In this document: positions 35,521 to 45,652 of the stretch, in pieces
How positions within the stretch are numbered: position 1 is the stretch's first letter
Layout: every line of letters starts with the position of its first letter
Assembly (NCBI GenBank): GCA_045535375.1
Contig: JAZSLM010000007.1
Span: 15,322-79,321, forward strand
Direction of reading: 5' to 3'
Length of the DNA: 64,000 nucleotides
Origin: Eubacteriales bacterium
Lineage (GTDB): Bacteria > Bacillota > Clostridia > Oscillospirales > CAG-272
Program-made: the position numbers and the translations under genes
Notes under the pieces: model-generated
Told to the model about the DNA's origin: nothing
Seen by the model: only the letters and a program-made list of their open reading frames with translations
Databases searched by the model: none

Positions 35521-37026
35521 TTATTCAAATTTGACTGCGGGGATAAAATCGATCTCTCCCGTTTTGAGGTTGAGGGCGGCAAAGCCGCTGTCGAGGATCC
35601 TTGTCTCGTATTTTGAAGCCTTTCTCAGATAGCCGATGATATGGTCACCCACACGGCGGTAAGGAATAAAGTCGATATTTTCTCCTTCGAAAACAAGGGC
35701 TTGGTTCCCGCCGCGGGCATCGGTGAGGTAGAATTGCATCTCCACCTTGCAATTGAGTTTGATCTCGGTTTCGCTTTTCAGCTTCGAGATCTTGTCGGGG
35801 TCGGTCACGTTCGGATAGTTCTTCGCGATATAGGCGTCGGGGTCCTTTTTGTAGGAGTTATATTCCTCTATACGCGAAGTTGTGGTGAATCCTAGCTCTC
35901 CCGAATCCAGATAAACGTATTGGATACTGCCGAAATCGATCGTTGATACCGAATCTGTCGCAAGATCATAAGCAAGCACGGTGCTGTTTTCGCCGGCACC
36001 GTATGCAATCGTTCCGCAGACAAACAAGGGAACAAAATTGAAGTTCGCCATCTTTCTGTAATTCTCGCCCGAATAGTCGCAGGACCAGATCTCGGAATCA
36101 TAATGTATCTCAACGAACGGATCTTTACTGAAAAAGAAGCGCTTGTTGGTCACGCCGACAAGATACATCTTTGCAGGGATGTCAACCATCTTTTCGGTCG
36201 TGTCTGTCGCGGGATCGTAGCAGACAATATAATCGCGGCGCGTTCCCATGGTGAGTCCTGCGTCCGATACACTCAAATACACCTTTCCGTCCATAGCAAA
36301 AGCGGCTTCGGGAGTCGGGTGGACACTATCGTCCTGGTTCTTTTCCGCAATCACTCTCTTCTCGCCGGTCTTCATGTTGTAAAGGCATACCTTTGTGCTT
36401 CCGGAATCTTCATCGGCAGCTTGAGTGCTCGATATCTGATACATACACCAATAGTCAAAAACGGTGATGGAGTCAATAAGCCACCCTACGGGTATGAAAG
36501 CGGGGCAGCTTTCGTCCGTATGCTTACAGGCAGAGTCGATGCAAAGACTCGTGCTCGTTTTTGCCACGGGATCGTATTTATAAAGATATTCGAAAAATTC
36601 CATCTTTGTTCCCGTGAGGTTTTTGTATGCCGCTGATTTGTGAATCCAACACCCATCATATTCAACGCCGAGGAAGTAGGAGGGATAGGACAAAAATCCC
36701 TCTCCTGCCGTAAAATATTCCTCGGGCAGGTTATTATTTTCGGGCGGTTCGTTCGTTTCAAGAACATTCGATTCGTTCGCGGTGCCCGCGGGATTGAAAA
36801 GCTCGGGGATGAGCCCGACGAGCCTTCCCGCAAGCGGGATCGCCGCGCCGAGAAGCAAGAGGCAGGCGGCAAGCAGCGCGACCTGCTTGATGATCTTTTT
36901 CTTATTTGCGCCGCGCTCATGGACTCCTTCCGCGCGCGGCTTGATCCTTTTTGCGGCGGATTCGATGTATTTGTCATCAATATGATCGATCGCGCCGATC
37001 AATCGCTTGTCGTTTTTGTTTTTCAT
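35521..37026 (-). CDS. Single-pass membrane protein: putative anti-sigma N-domain, TM segment, propeller-like ectodomain (module 2)
   Basis: 501 aa. The N-terminus is MKNKNDKRLIGAIDHIDDKYIESAAKRIKP. The TM segment is VALLAACLLLLGAAIPLAG. The start overlaps the sigma stop by 4 nt. Confidence 0.75.
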   Translation of the reverse strand: MKNKNDKRLIGAIDHIDDKYIESAAKRIKPRAEGVHERGANKKKIIKQVALLAACLLLLGAAIPLAGRLVGLIPELFNPAGTANESNVLETNEPPENNNLPEEYFTAGEGFLSYPSYFLGVEYDGCWIHKSAAYKNLTGTKMEFFEYLYKYDPVAKTSTSLCIDSACKHTDESCPAFIPVGWLIDSITVFDYWCMYQISSTQAADEDSGSTKVCLYNMKTGEKRVIAEKNQDDSVHPTPEAAFAMDGKVYLSVSDAGLTMGTRRDYIVCYDPATDTTEKMVDIPAKMYLVGVTNKRFFFSKDPFVEIHYDSEIWSCDYSGENYRKMANFNFVPLFVCGTIAYGAGENSTVLAYDLATDSVSTIDFGSIQYVYLDSGELGFTTTSRIEEYNSYKKDPDAYIAKNYPNVTDPDKISKLKSETEIKLNCKVEMQFYLTDARGGNQALVFEGENIDFIPYRRVGDHIIGYLRKASKYETRILDSGFAALNLKTGEIDFIPAVKFE

Positions 37027-37580
37027 ACCAAAATACCCTCCTTTTGAAGTTTTTCCGCAAATTTGCGGCGTGTGCGGAAAAGGATCGTTTTCACTTTTCC
37101 CTCGCTGAATCCCATATCGGCGGCGACGTGAGCGACCTTTTCGCCGAAATAGTGGTGCAGGACGAAGACGTCGCGCTCGTGCTCGGGCAGGCTTTCAAGA
37201 AGCTCGTTGAGTATCTCGCCCGCGCGGGCGGTTTCGAACTGCGCGATAAGGTCATAGGTGTCGGGGATCGATGCGACAAATTCCTCGCCGATCTCGGTGA
37301 AGCTCTTGCACCTGCGCCATACGTTTTCCGAGCGCGTTTTCTTCATGGCGAGGTTGCGCACGATCTTTGCAATATAGGCTTTCAGATTCTGCGGTCTTTC
37401 GGGCGGAATGTTGTTCCAGAGCGCCAGAAGAAGATCGTTGAGGCATTCCTCGCGGTCCTCGCGCAAGGAAAGAATATTCGACGCGACCGTGTGGCAAAAG
37501 TTCCCGTACTTCGCCTGCGTTTCCTCAAGCGCCTTTTCATCACGCTCAAAAAGCATTTCGATTATCTTCTCATCTTGCAT
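37023..37580 (-). CDS. ECF-type sigma-70-family factor (module 2)
   Basis: 185 aa from MQDEKIIEMLFERDE, with AGGAGG 8 nt upstream. The track start at 37622 is a GTG inside the conserved leader motif. Confidence 0.8.
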   Translation of the reverse strand: MQDEKIIEMLFERDEKALEETQAKYGNFCHTVASNILSLREDREECLNDLLLALWNNIPPERPQNLKAYIAKIVRNLAMKKTRSENVWRRCKSFTEIGEEFVASIPDTYDLIAQFETARAGEILNELLESLPEHERDVFVLHHYFGEKVAHVAADMGFSEGKVKTILFRTRRKFAEKLQKEGILV

Positions 37581-37730
37581 CAGCTTCGCCTCCTTGTCAG
37601 TTTTTTCAAAGGGTCCCTTCACCTATCAAGTACCACCAAGGTGTATTTGGGTTTCAATCTTTTCGACAATTTTCAAAATTTTGTGGACTTGCACAAAGTG
37701 CCAAGCCTTATTTTGTGCAACTTCACAAAT

Positions 37731-37759
37731 ATAATAGCATATTATTTTTGATTTGTCAA
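37731..37759 (-). promoter_or_regulatory. SigA-type promoter for sigma module 2
   Basis: On the minus strand: TTGACA (37759-37754), 17-nt spacer, TATTAT (37736-37731). Confidence 0.55.
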
Positions 37760-37770
37760 TAAAAAGAACG

Positions 37771-37792
37771 CCCGCAGGCAAAAGCCTGCGGG
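37771..37792 (-). terminator. Terminator of the giant LRR gene
   Basis: cccgcaggc-tttt-gcctgcggg followed by a T-run on the minus strand. Confidence 0.8.
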
Positions 37793-37801
37793 AAAAAGTT
37801 T

Positions 37802-40800
37802 TTAATTCAGCGGATATCTTTCAAAAGGGTACCAGGTCACTTCGGTTGTTGAGATTATACCCGCCATATTGAGATATCGATCAAGCGACGAAAGACTACC
37901 ATGGACGTAATATTTCGCGTTTTCGGTTCCATCGCCTATGACGTGGCAGATATTATTGATCTTACAATCGCCGTCAGAAAATTCGAGCCTTGCATCGCCG
38001 TAGGAAATACCCTCTGCGGTATTGTCGTTCCACTCGAAAGTGCCGTCGATCTTGATATCGTCCATGTTCCTAAACGTAAAAGCATAGCCGTGGACCCTGC
38101 CTTTTTCCTCGTGAAGGACGAGCATATCGCCCACATCGCCGGTCACCACGACCTCTACCTCACCGTCAACATCCATATCTACAACGGTATATTTCACGTC
38201 GTCGCAATAAGCGATCTCTTTTCCGTTATAGGGGAACTCGAACTCATCAAGGAAAATCTCGTTTGAATCAAGAATGAACTTCGATTCGTTATTGAGCACC
38301 ATGCGGTATGCATCGGGAAGATTCGCAAGATCGGCATAACCTGCCATAACGTCTCCATCAGAGCATCGTATAACGGTGAAGGGACAGTTTTCGTTCCAGC
38401 CATCTTGCTTTTCGATAGCAGTCCACTCGGCAAGCGTGCCGGCAAAGTTAAAATCTGTAAGGCTCGTACAATTTTTGAAGCAAGATCCCTTTATTTCGGT
38501 AACGCTTCGCGGAATCGTGATGCTAGCAAGAGAAATGCAATCTGTGAAAGCCGAATAATTTATACTCGTCAAGGTATCGGGAAGTGTCACGCTCTTAAGA
38601 CTTGTGCAACCTTCAAAGATATAATTCAGCAATGTCGTTCCAGAAGGTACAACAACACTTTCAAGACTCGTGCATCCCTTGAAGGCAGATGCGGAAAGCT
38701 TACCCGTTTTCGGAAGATCGATATTCTTCAACGAGGTACAATTTATAAAACCGCCGACCCGTTCCATTTTGGAAGGCAATTCGATATACTCAAGCGACGT
38801 GCATCCACTGAAAGCACTGTTTATCTTCGTCAGACTGTCGGGGATCTTTATCTTTTTAAGGTTGACGCAGTTCTCGAATGCACCGTCATAGATAATGAGC
38901 ACCCCGTCGGGGATCGTTAATTCAGTAATAGCGCTACATCCGGCAAAAGCTCTGTCACCTATTCTTAAAACGCTTCCATCGCTCGGTATAACACTGCCGT
39001 TGCAGCCCATAAAGATCGTTTGGCTTTCTTCATGAATAATACAATTATCAACGCTGTAATATTGAGGGTGATCAGAATCGATCTCCAGCTCTTTAAGATT
39101 ACGGCAGTTTAAAAATGTGTCCGGAAAGAAAGTGGATATTGTAGCAGGAATATAAACTCCCGTGATATTCTGATTATTCTGAAAAGCCGTTCTGTCGATC
39201 GCAGTCACGGGAAGTCCGTTGAAGGAGGAAGCAATAACTAAACGTTTATCGGTACACGTTCCTATACCGACGAGAGTCGCGCTCTTTTTGTCTTCATTGA
39301 TCTTATATTTAAGCCCTGCGCTAACATTGTATTCGGGCTCGGAGTAGAGTTTGACATCGCCGTCAGTGCAGAAGACCTTGGTTGCGGGGATTCCCCGATA
39401 CCATTCCGAATTCCATTCTGCACCCTCTTTTCCGACACGGCTCCACTCAGTCGTGGTTCCACCATATGACACGCTTGCAAGCTTTGTGCAACCGTCGAAC
39501 GATGCAGCGGCAAGAAGCTTAAGTCCGCGCGGGAATCTGACGCTTTTAAGCGAGGCGCAGTTCATAAAAGCATTTTCCTGGATCTGCTCAAGACCCTCGC
39601 CGAGAGTGAGCGTGGAAAGCTTTGCGCAATCGCTGAAGGCGCGCTGCCCTATCCACTTGGCGCTGTCGGGAATGAGGATGCTTTCAAGGCTCTCGCAATT
39701 CGCAAACGCCCAGTCCTGAATATACTCGAGAGTCGAGGGCAGAGTGACCTTTTTGAGGCTCTTGCAAAGGTAAAACGCCTCGTCCCCAATGATGGTCACA
39801 CCCTCGGGGATGGCGATCTCCTTGAGAGAGGAACAGCCGCTGAAGGTATGCGATCCGATTTCCGTAATGCCCGCGGGGATATTGATGCTCGTAAGAGCAG
39901 TGCAGCCGTTAAACGCGTCGGAGCCGAGAGTTTTGAGATTCTCGGGCATAACGACACTCTCGAGCGAGGTGCAGAACGCAAAGGCATCCTCTCCGATATA
40001 CTTAATCGCGTTCGGAATACTAATGCTTCGGATGTTTTTATTGCTTCGGAATACCCCATCCGCAATGGCATACACGGGTACGCCGTTGTAGGTTGCGGAA
40101 ATAACGATATCTTTATCGGTACAGGTGCCGATACCCTCAAGCACCGCATACGAATCGTATTGAACATACAGAAGCCCGCGGCTGCCGTCGTATTCGTAGA
40201 GTTCAAGGTCTCCGTCCGAGCAATGAATAACGGAAAATGCCGCGCCGTCGCTCCACATCTCTGTTTTTTCGATAGCCTTCCATTCCGCCATCGTGCCCTC
40301 ATAGCTAACCTTTGTAAGCGATTTGCACTCAAAAAATGCAAGCGCGCATAAAAGCTTGGTCGTTTTCGGGAACGTCAGCTCCATAAGCTTCGGACAATCC
40401 TCAAATACCGAGCCGCTCAAGGTTTCCAAACTGCTTCCTAAGCTGATGGTTTCGAGAGACTCACATGAGGAAAACGCACCAAATCCGAGATAAGTAAGAC
40501 TATCGGGCAAGTTGACTTTCTTGAGCGACTCACATCCGGCGAACGCATAGGCATCGATCCGTTCAATTCCTTCGGGAATAGTCAGCTCGGTCAGCCAATC
40601 ACAGCCGTGAAAGGAGAATTCGCCTATCACAGTGACGCTTCCGTCCGTGGGAATAACGCTTCCCTTACAACCGTGAACGATGGTTTTTGTTGCCTTTTCG
40701 ATAAGGCAATTTCCTGACGACATATATTTCGGATTGTCTTTGTCAACCTCTATAATTACGAGGTTCGGACAGCCGATCAATGATTCGGGATTTATTCCGG

Positions 40801-42685
40801 TAACATTTTTTGAAAAATAGACGCTGACGAGATCGGGCATATTGTCAATTCCGCCGACAGTCAGAACCGAATCGGATAAAGTCATGCTCGTGACATTGCT
40901 GATTTTTGAAAAGCTGTAATCAACGGAGGTCACCGGCAGACCGTTATAGGTAGAAGCGACGATGATCTCTTTGTCGGTGCAAGTGCCAATACCTACAAGC
41001 ACGGCGTGATCTCCCTCAATTCGGTATTCAAGTCCGCGCGAGCCGTCGTATTCGATGATCAGATTGACGTCACCGTCGGAACAATGGATGACGGTGAAGG
41101 GACAGCCATCGCTCCATTCATTTCCTTTGGCAAGCTTCAACCACTCGTTTACAGTACCGTCAAACGAAAACTTTGTAAGTGATCTGCAATTCTTGAAGGC
41201 ATAATGCGATATGTCTATGCATTTTCCGGAAATAACTATGTTGTTAAGCTTGACACAATCCTCAAAGGCACTTGTATCGATACTGCCTACACCCTTCATA
41301 ACGATGCTTTCAAGAGAAGTGCAACCCTTGAAGGTTTCTACGCCGAGATAATTCATACCGTCGGGCAGAACAATGGTTTTGAGAGAGGTGCAGTTTTTGA
41401 AGGTTTCAGCTTCGCCGAAATTTTTTAAGCCGGAGGGGAGCGTTATTCTTTGGAGAGAACTGCAGTTTGCGAATGCGCGTTCTTCTATAAAGGTAACGCT
41501 CTCGGGGATGATAACACTGACTATCTGCGAATTACCGTTGAAAGCATTGTAGAATATTTCCGTAACGGGTAAACTGTTATAGGTGGAAGCGACAACGATC
41601 TCGGTATCGGTACAGGTTCCGATCCCGAAAAGCGAGGCGGTTTTACCATCGTTGTTTACCTTATACTCAAGCCCTTGCGAGCCGTCGTATTCGGGTTCAT
41701 CGGCATTATAAGGTGAAATTTCAACATCACCGTCGGTGCAGTGGACTACGGTGATCGCGCTCTTTGCATTCCAATCCAAGTCCTTTTGGATCTTGTTCCA
41801 TTCTGTCTTTGTGCCGAGGTAATGGAGCTCGCGCAAGGCGGAACAATCATAAAATGCACCCAAAACGATTCTTTCGACTTCGTTTCCGATAATAACCTTT
41901 TGGAGATTGATGCAATTCGCAAAAAGTCCGGTCTGGATCCATTCGAGCGACTTCGGGAGGGTGATCTCCGTAAGCGCAACACAGTTTTCAAATGCGTCTG
42001 CGCCGATGTAAGAGATGCCATCGTGCAGTTTAACACTTTCAAGCCCCGTGCAGTTCTTGAAGGCGCGCATATCTATCACGGTTACGCTTTCTGGGATCGT
42101 TACGGTCTTGTATTTGACATATTCGGCTAAAGCCGCCTCGCTTATGCGAGTGACGGGTACGCCGTTCCAGACCGATGCGACGATGACGTTTTCATCCGTG
42201 CATATCCCGCGATGGAAGAGCATCGCGCTCTTTCCGTCCTCGTTCATCTTGTATTCAAGACCATAGCTTCCATCGTGCTCGGGTTCGGGCTCAGCCGTCG
42301 TGCCGTCGTAGAGGGGCGCGGTGGTTTCGGGGTCGGTATTGACCGAGGTTTCGGGCGCGGGGACAGTGGTTTCCACGGGCGGGGTCTCGGGGTGGGTCAG
42401 CTCGGGGTCGGTATCGGTGGTCTCGTCGCCGGTGAAGAATGCGACGATGTCGGGAAGATGGTTCGCAAGATAGGTTATTGTGGGTATGGCGGCGACAAGC
42501 AGGGCTATGCAAGCCGCAAGCGCAAGTAACTGCTGCAGGGTCCTTTTGCGGCTGGGTGTGGCAAAATAGACCTGACCCGTCGGGCGGGGCTTGATCTTCT
42601 CGGCGGCTTCCTCGATGAAGCGGACGTCGATGTATTCAAGTGCCTCGATCAGCCTTGCGGTTTTATGGTTCTTTTGCCGTTTCAT
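37802..42685 (-). CDS. Giant (1627 aa) single-pass membrane protein: putative anti-sigma N-domain, TM segment, five BspA-type LRR cassettes, C-terminal DxDxDG-containing domain (module 3)
   Basis: The N-terminus is MKRQKNHKTARLIEALEYIDVRFIEEAAEKIKPRP. The TM segment is LLALAACIALLVAAIPTITYL. Five cassettes are each bounded by YDGSxGLEY...GTCTD...YNGLPVT and ...EWxxIxKxxxW...VIHCSDGDV. Confidence 0.85.
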   Translation of the reverse strand: MKRQKNHKTARLIEALEYIDVRFIEEAAEKIKPRPTGQVYFATPSRKRTLQQLLALAACIALLVAAIPTITYLANHLPDIVAFFTGDETTDTDPELTHPETPPVETTVPAPETSVNTDPETTAPLYDGTTAEPEPEHDGSYGLEYKMNEDGKSAMLFHRGICTDENVIVASVWNGVPVTRISEAALAEYVKYKTVTIPESVTVIDMRAFKNCTGLESVKLHDGISYIGADAFENCVALTEITLPKSLEWIQTGLFANCINLQKVIIGNEVERIVLGAFYDCSALRELHYLGTKTEWNKIQKDLDWNAKSAITVVHCTDGDVEISPYNADEPEYDGSQGLEYKVNNDGKTASLFGIGTCTDTEIVVASTYNSLPVTEIFYNAFNGNSQIVSVIIPESVTFIEERAFANCSSLQRITLPSGLKNFGEAETFKNCTSLKTIVLPDGMNYLGVETFKGCTSLESIVMKGVGSIDTSAFEDCVKLNNIVISGKCIDISHYAFKNCRSLTKFSFDGTVNEWLKLAKGNEWSDGCPFTVIHCSDGDVNLIIEYDGSRGLEYRIEGDHAVLVGIGTCTDKEIIVASTYNGLPVTSVDYSFSKISNVTSMTLSDSVLTVGGIDNMPDLVSVYFSKNVTGINPESLIGCPNLVIIEVDKDNPKYMSSGNCLIEKATKTIVHGCKGSVIPTDGSVTVIGEFSFHGCDWLTELTIPEGIERIDAYAFAGCESLKKVNLPDSLTYLGFGAFSSCESLETISLGSSLETLSGSVFEDCPKLMELTFPKTTKLLCALAFFECKSLTKVSYEGTMAEWKAIEKTEMWSDGAAFSVIHCSDGDLELYEYDGSRGLLYVQYDSYAVLEGIGTCTDKDIVISATYNGVPVYAIADGVFRSNKNIRSISIPNAIKYIGEDAFAFCTSLESVVMPENLKTLGSDAFNGCTALTSINIPAGITEIGSHTFSGCSSLKEIAIPEGVTIIGDEAFYLCKSLKKVTLPSTLEYIQDWAFANCESLESILIPDSAKWIGQRAFSDCAKLSTLTLGEGLEQIQENAFMNCASLKSVRFPRGLKLLAAASFDGCTKLASVSYGGTTTEWSRVGKEGAEWNSEWYRGIPATKVFCTDGDVKLYSEPEYNVSAGLKYKINEDKKSATLVGIGTCTDKRLVIASSFNGLPVTAIDRTAFQNNQNITGVYIPATISTFFPDTFLNCRNLKELEIDSDHPQYYSVDNCIIHEESQTIFMGCNGSVIPSDGSVLRIGDRAFAGCSAITELTIPDGVLIIYDGAFENCVNLKKIKIPDSLTKINSAFSGCTSLEYIELPSKMERVGGFINCTSLKNIDLPKTGKLSASAFKGCTSLESVVVPSGTTLLNYIFEGCTSLKSVTLPDTLTSINYSAFTDCISLASITIPRSVTEIKGSCFKNCTSLTDFNFAGTLAEWTAIEKQDGWNENCPFTVIRCSDGDVMAGYADLANLPDAYRMVLNNESKFILDSNEIFLDEFEFPYNGKEIAYCDDVKYTVVDMDVDGEVEVVVTGDVGDMLVLHEEKGRVHGYAFTFRNMDDIKIDGTFEWNDNTAEGISYGDARLEFSDGDCKINNICHVIGDGTENAKYYVHGSLSSLDRYLNMAGIISTTEVTWYPFERYPLN

Positions 42686-43239
42686 ACGATGATCCCCTCC
42701 TTTCCGAGTCTGTCCGCAAGCCGCTGGCGCGTGCGCATCAAGAGCGACTTAACCTTGCTTACCGAAAAATCCATATCCTCGGCGACTGCACTCACGCTTT
42801 CGCCGAAATAATAGCGGAGGACGAAGACCTGACGCTCGTGTGCGGGGAGCGAGGCGAGGAAATCGTTGATGATCTCGCCCGCGCGGGCAGCCTCAAACTG
42901 CTCGGCGAGGTCGGCGGTGTCGGGAATCGTTTCAAGAAACTCGTCCCCCACCGTCAAAAAGCTTGCGCATCTCTTCCAGGTGCTCATTGCCCTCGTTTTG
43001 TTATAAGCTATGTTGCGAACTATTCTTGAAATGTATGATCTCAGACTTTCGGGTCGCTCGGGCGGGATCGCGTTCCAGAGCGCAAGCAGCACGTCGTTGA
43101 CGCACTCCTCGCGGTCCTCGCGGATAGCAAGGATATTCGCCGCGACCGTGTGGCAAAACGCCGAATATTTCTTCTCGATCTCGCCAAGCGCCGCTTCGTC
43201 GCGCTCAAAAAGCATCTCGATGATTTTTTCGTCAGTCAT
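42682..43239 (-). CDS. ECF-type sigma-70-family factor (module 3)
   Basis: 185 aa, MTDEKIIEMLFERDEAAL..., roughly 60% identical by eye to the module 2 sigma. Confidence 0.85.
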   Translation of the reverse strand: MTDEKIIEMLFERDEAALGEIEKKYSAFCHTVAANILAIREDREECVNDVLLALWNAIPPERPESLRSYISRIVRNIAYNKTRAMSTWKRCASFLTVGDEFLETIPDTADLAEQFEAARAGEIINDFLASLPAHERQVFVLRYYFGESVSAVAEDMDFSVSKVKSLLMRTRQRLADRLGKEGIIV

Positions 43240-43333
43240 AAGTTCGCCTCCTTTCGTAAAGTTCCCTTCACTTTACAAGTAACTAAAAAACGGGGATCGG
43301 TTGCAGGGTTTTGAGAAAAAAGTTGAAAAATTT

Positions 43334-45472
43334 TTATCCGCCGGGGTAGTAAGCGCGGATCGGATAGATCGCGAGGTGTTCGTAAACCGCTTTTTCGCCC
43401 AAGAGAAGCACCTCGCGTGCCTCAAATTCCTCTTTTGTGGCTTTTTCGTTGTCGACAAAGTAAGTCACGCTTCCGTCCTCACCCATCTCTTTTCGCGTTA
43501 TGTCGTGCCAAACGACCTCGACACCGTCGAAGCTGAGCCTTGCGGTGCCGTGCGTTCTGCCCGCGTTTGAGGTGAAATCGACGTTTCCGTTTGTTTTAAG
43601 GTTCAAAAATGATCTGAAATCGAACAAATACCCGTAAACCTTACCCTCAAATTCGCGCAGGACGATCTCGTACTGCAGTGAGGAAAGGATGAGCTCGGGA
43701 TCCAAGTCGCCGTCAAGATCGCAGACGGCATAATTGTAAGAGCCGATTTCCGCGCTCGGATAATCAAGTATGGTGTCCTTGAAGTATCCCTCCGGCTGAA
43801 AACCGAATTTGGGAATGTACGTTGTTTCATTGAGAAGGACCTTGAGGAAGACCTCGGGTATGTCGGGGTAGGTCAGGCGGGGTACGCTGATCTCGCACGT
43901 GTAGCGGTCGATGTAGATCCTGTCCTCGACTGCTTCATCGGGGCGAACGAGAAGATACATTTCATCGGTTGCATAACGGACGAAATAACCGCTTTTTATC
44001 GGTGCCCAATACTGACGTGCGAGCTCGATAGCCGCATCATGGGAGATCGACTCCGCAAGGACTTCGCCGTCCGAGCATTTTGTGGACTCAAAGGCAGCGC
44101 CCTCGTTCCATCTTTCCTGCGTGGCAACCCATTTCCACTCTGCAACGCTTCCCCCAAAGCGAAGTTCCTTGAGCGCAGTGCAGTCCTTGAAGGTATACAT
44201 TCCGATATATTTAAGGCTCGCGGGCAGATCGATGACCTCAAGCGAGGTACAGCCCGCGAAGGTGTGACCGACAAAGCGCTCAAATCCGTCGGGCAGAGTG
44301 ACGGCTTTCAGCATCTCGCACTCGGCAAAAGCCGCGCCGAGTTCTGTCACGCCTGAGGGAATTACGATATTTTCAACTGCGCAACCCTTGAAGGCTTCGC
44401 TGTCGATCAGGGTAAGATTTTTCGAGAGAGTGACGTTTTTCAGATTTTTGCAATCGGAGAACGCACCGTTGTATATCTCTGTGACCGAGTCGGGAATAAC
44501 TATCGAGGTAAGCGCGGTGCATCCCTTAAATGCCGATTGACGGATGGTTTTCAGAGTTGTCGGCAGAGTTACGCTCGCAAGATTCGTGCAACCCTCGAAA
44601 GCCGAGGTGTGAATATCGGTCACGCCCTCGGGAATATTGACCGATTTCAGCAGAAGATTGCCCGCGAAAGCGTGCGCACCGATCGATTTGACGCTTCCGT
44701 CAGCGGGAATTTCAGCCTTTCCGCCGCCGAGGACAAGCTTGCCCGTCGATTTTTCGATCAAACAATTGTTTTTAGCAAAATATTTCTCGTTGCCCTCAGC
44801 AACCTCGATGAACTTAAGCGCGGGGCAATTCATAAATCCGATGCTGAGGCTTCCCGTGACGTTCTCAAGCGACGCGGGGAGAAAGATCTCGCTCAGATAG
44901 GGGCAGTTCAGAAACGCTTCGCTTTCGATATAGGTCACGCCCTCGGGGATCGTCACAGAGGTCATACCCTTGACTTCGAAAAACGCTCTGTCCCATATCT
45001 CGGTGACAGGCAGACCGTTGTATGTTGCGGGAATGATGACCTCGCTGTCTTTGCAGGTGCCGATGCCGACCAAGACGGCGTAGTCTGAAAACTGGCGGAA
45101 TTCGAGACCTTCCGAAGCCTCGGGTTCACCCGATATACCGCAAATAGTACAAGTATTATTGACAAACCTGTGACCGTAAGGGGGCTGGGGTTCGTGCTTG
45201 GTGTAACCACAAAGGTGGCAGTAGGATTCTATATTGTATATTTCGGTACAATTCGGCACGATCTCTCTAGTGATCATATCAGGATGAGTGCATTCCGTTG
45301 TTTCAGACACGGAAGTGCTTCCTTCGGCAGTAGTTTCAGGCGAAGTTGTTACCGTCGGGGATGCGGTAACGGACGGAGGCGCGGTCGTGTCCTCGCCGCC
45401 CTCGCCGCGACAGCCTGTAAATACAAGCGCAAGCGCGAGCAGTATAACTAAGGTGATATTTATTTTTTTCAT
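43334..45472 (-). CDS. Lipoprotein with a Cys-rich zinc-ribbon-like segment, one BspA-type LRR cassette and the same C-terminal domain as the giant protein
   Basis: The start is MKKINITLVILLALALVFTGC at 45472, with AAGGAG 8 nt upstream. The 940-aa track ORF is an antisense extension. The C-terminal 200 aa align with the C-terminus of 37802..42685. Confidence 0.8.
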   Translation of the reverse strand: MKKINITLVILLALALVFTGCRGEGGEDTTAPPSVTASPTVTTSPETTAEGSTSVSETTECTHPDMITREIVPNCTEIYNIESYCHLCGYTKHEPQPPYGHRFVNNTCTICGISGEPEASEGLEFRQFSDYAVLVGIGTCKDSEVIIPATYNGLPVTEIWDRAFFEVKGMTSVTIPEGVTYIESEAFLNCPYLSEIFLPASLENVTGSLSIGFMNCPALKFIEVAEGNEKYFAKNNCLIEKSTGKLVLGGGKAEIPADGSVKSIGAHAFAGNLLLKSVNIPEGVTDIHTSAFEGCTNLASVTLPTTLKTIRQSAFKGCTALTSIVIPDSVTEIYNGAFSDCKNLKNVTLSKNLTLIDSEAFKGCAVENIVIPSGVTELGAAFAECEMLKAVTLPDGFERFVGHTFAGCTSLEVIDLPASLKYIGMYTFKDCTALKELRFGGSVAEWKWVATQERWNEGAAFESTKCSDGEVLAESISHDAAIELARQYWAPIKSGYFVRYATDEMYLLVRPDEAVEDRIYIDRYTCEISVPRLTYPDIPEVFLKVLLNETTYIPKFGFQPEGYFKDTILDYPSAEIGSYNYAVCDLDGDLDPELILSSLQYEIVLREFEGKVYGYLFDFRSFLNLKTNGNVDFTSNAGRTHGTARLSFDGVEVVWHDITRKEMGEDGSVTYFVDNEKATKEEFEAREVLLLGEKAVYEHLAIYPIRAYYPGG

Positions 45473-45589
45473 ATTTTTCTCCTTGAATGTAAGTCGAAAA
45501 AGCATCAGCCTTCTTCTCACTAAAATTATATAATATCCGCGCGCCCTTGTCAATAGTTTTTTACTTGAGGGAAATAAAGGCAGTTTACA

Positions 45590-45618
45590 TTGACAAATCG
45601 GGGTCGGAGTGGTATAAT
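45590..45618 (+). promoter_or_regulatory. Consensus SigA promoter for the FAD oxidoreductase
   Basis: TTGACA (45590-45595), 17-nt spacer, TATAAT (45613-45618). Confidence 0.7.
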
Positions 45619-45652
45619 TATATCGAAAATATCTTTGGAGGACATTATAATA

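Noticed and set aside
37802-42685. The five LRR cassettes of the giant gene as a recombinational (shufflon/cassette-switching) system
   Set aside because: The cassettes are clearly diverged at the nucleotide level. By eye I found no long identical DNA repeats and no nearby recombinase. This was not tested computationally.
43250-43281. The 11-codon uORFs starting at the GTG of the leader motif as genuine leader peptides
   Set aside because: Not accepted as features. No Shine-Dalgarno precedes the GTG in any copy, and the peptide sequences beyond MKG are not conserved. The observation is kept only as an alternative hypothesis in the leader-motif finding.
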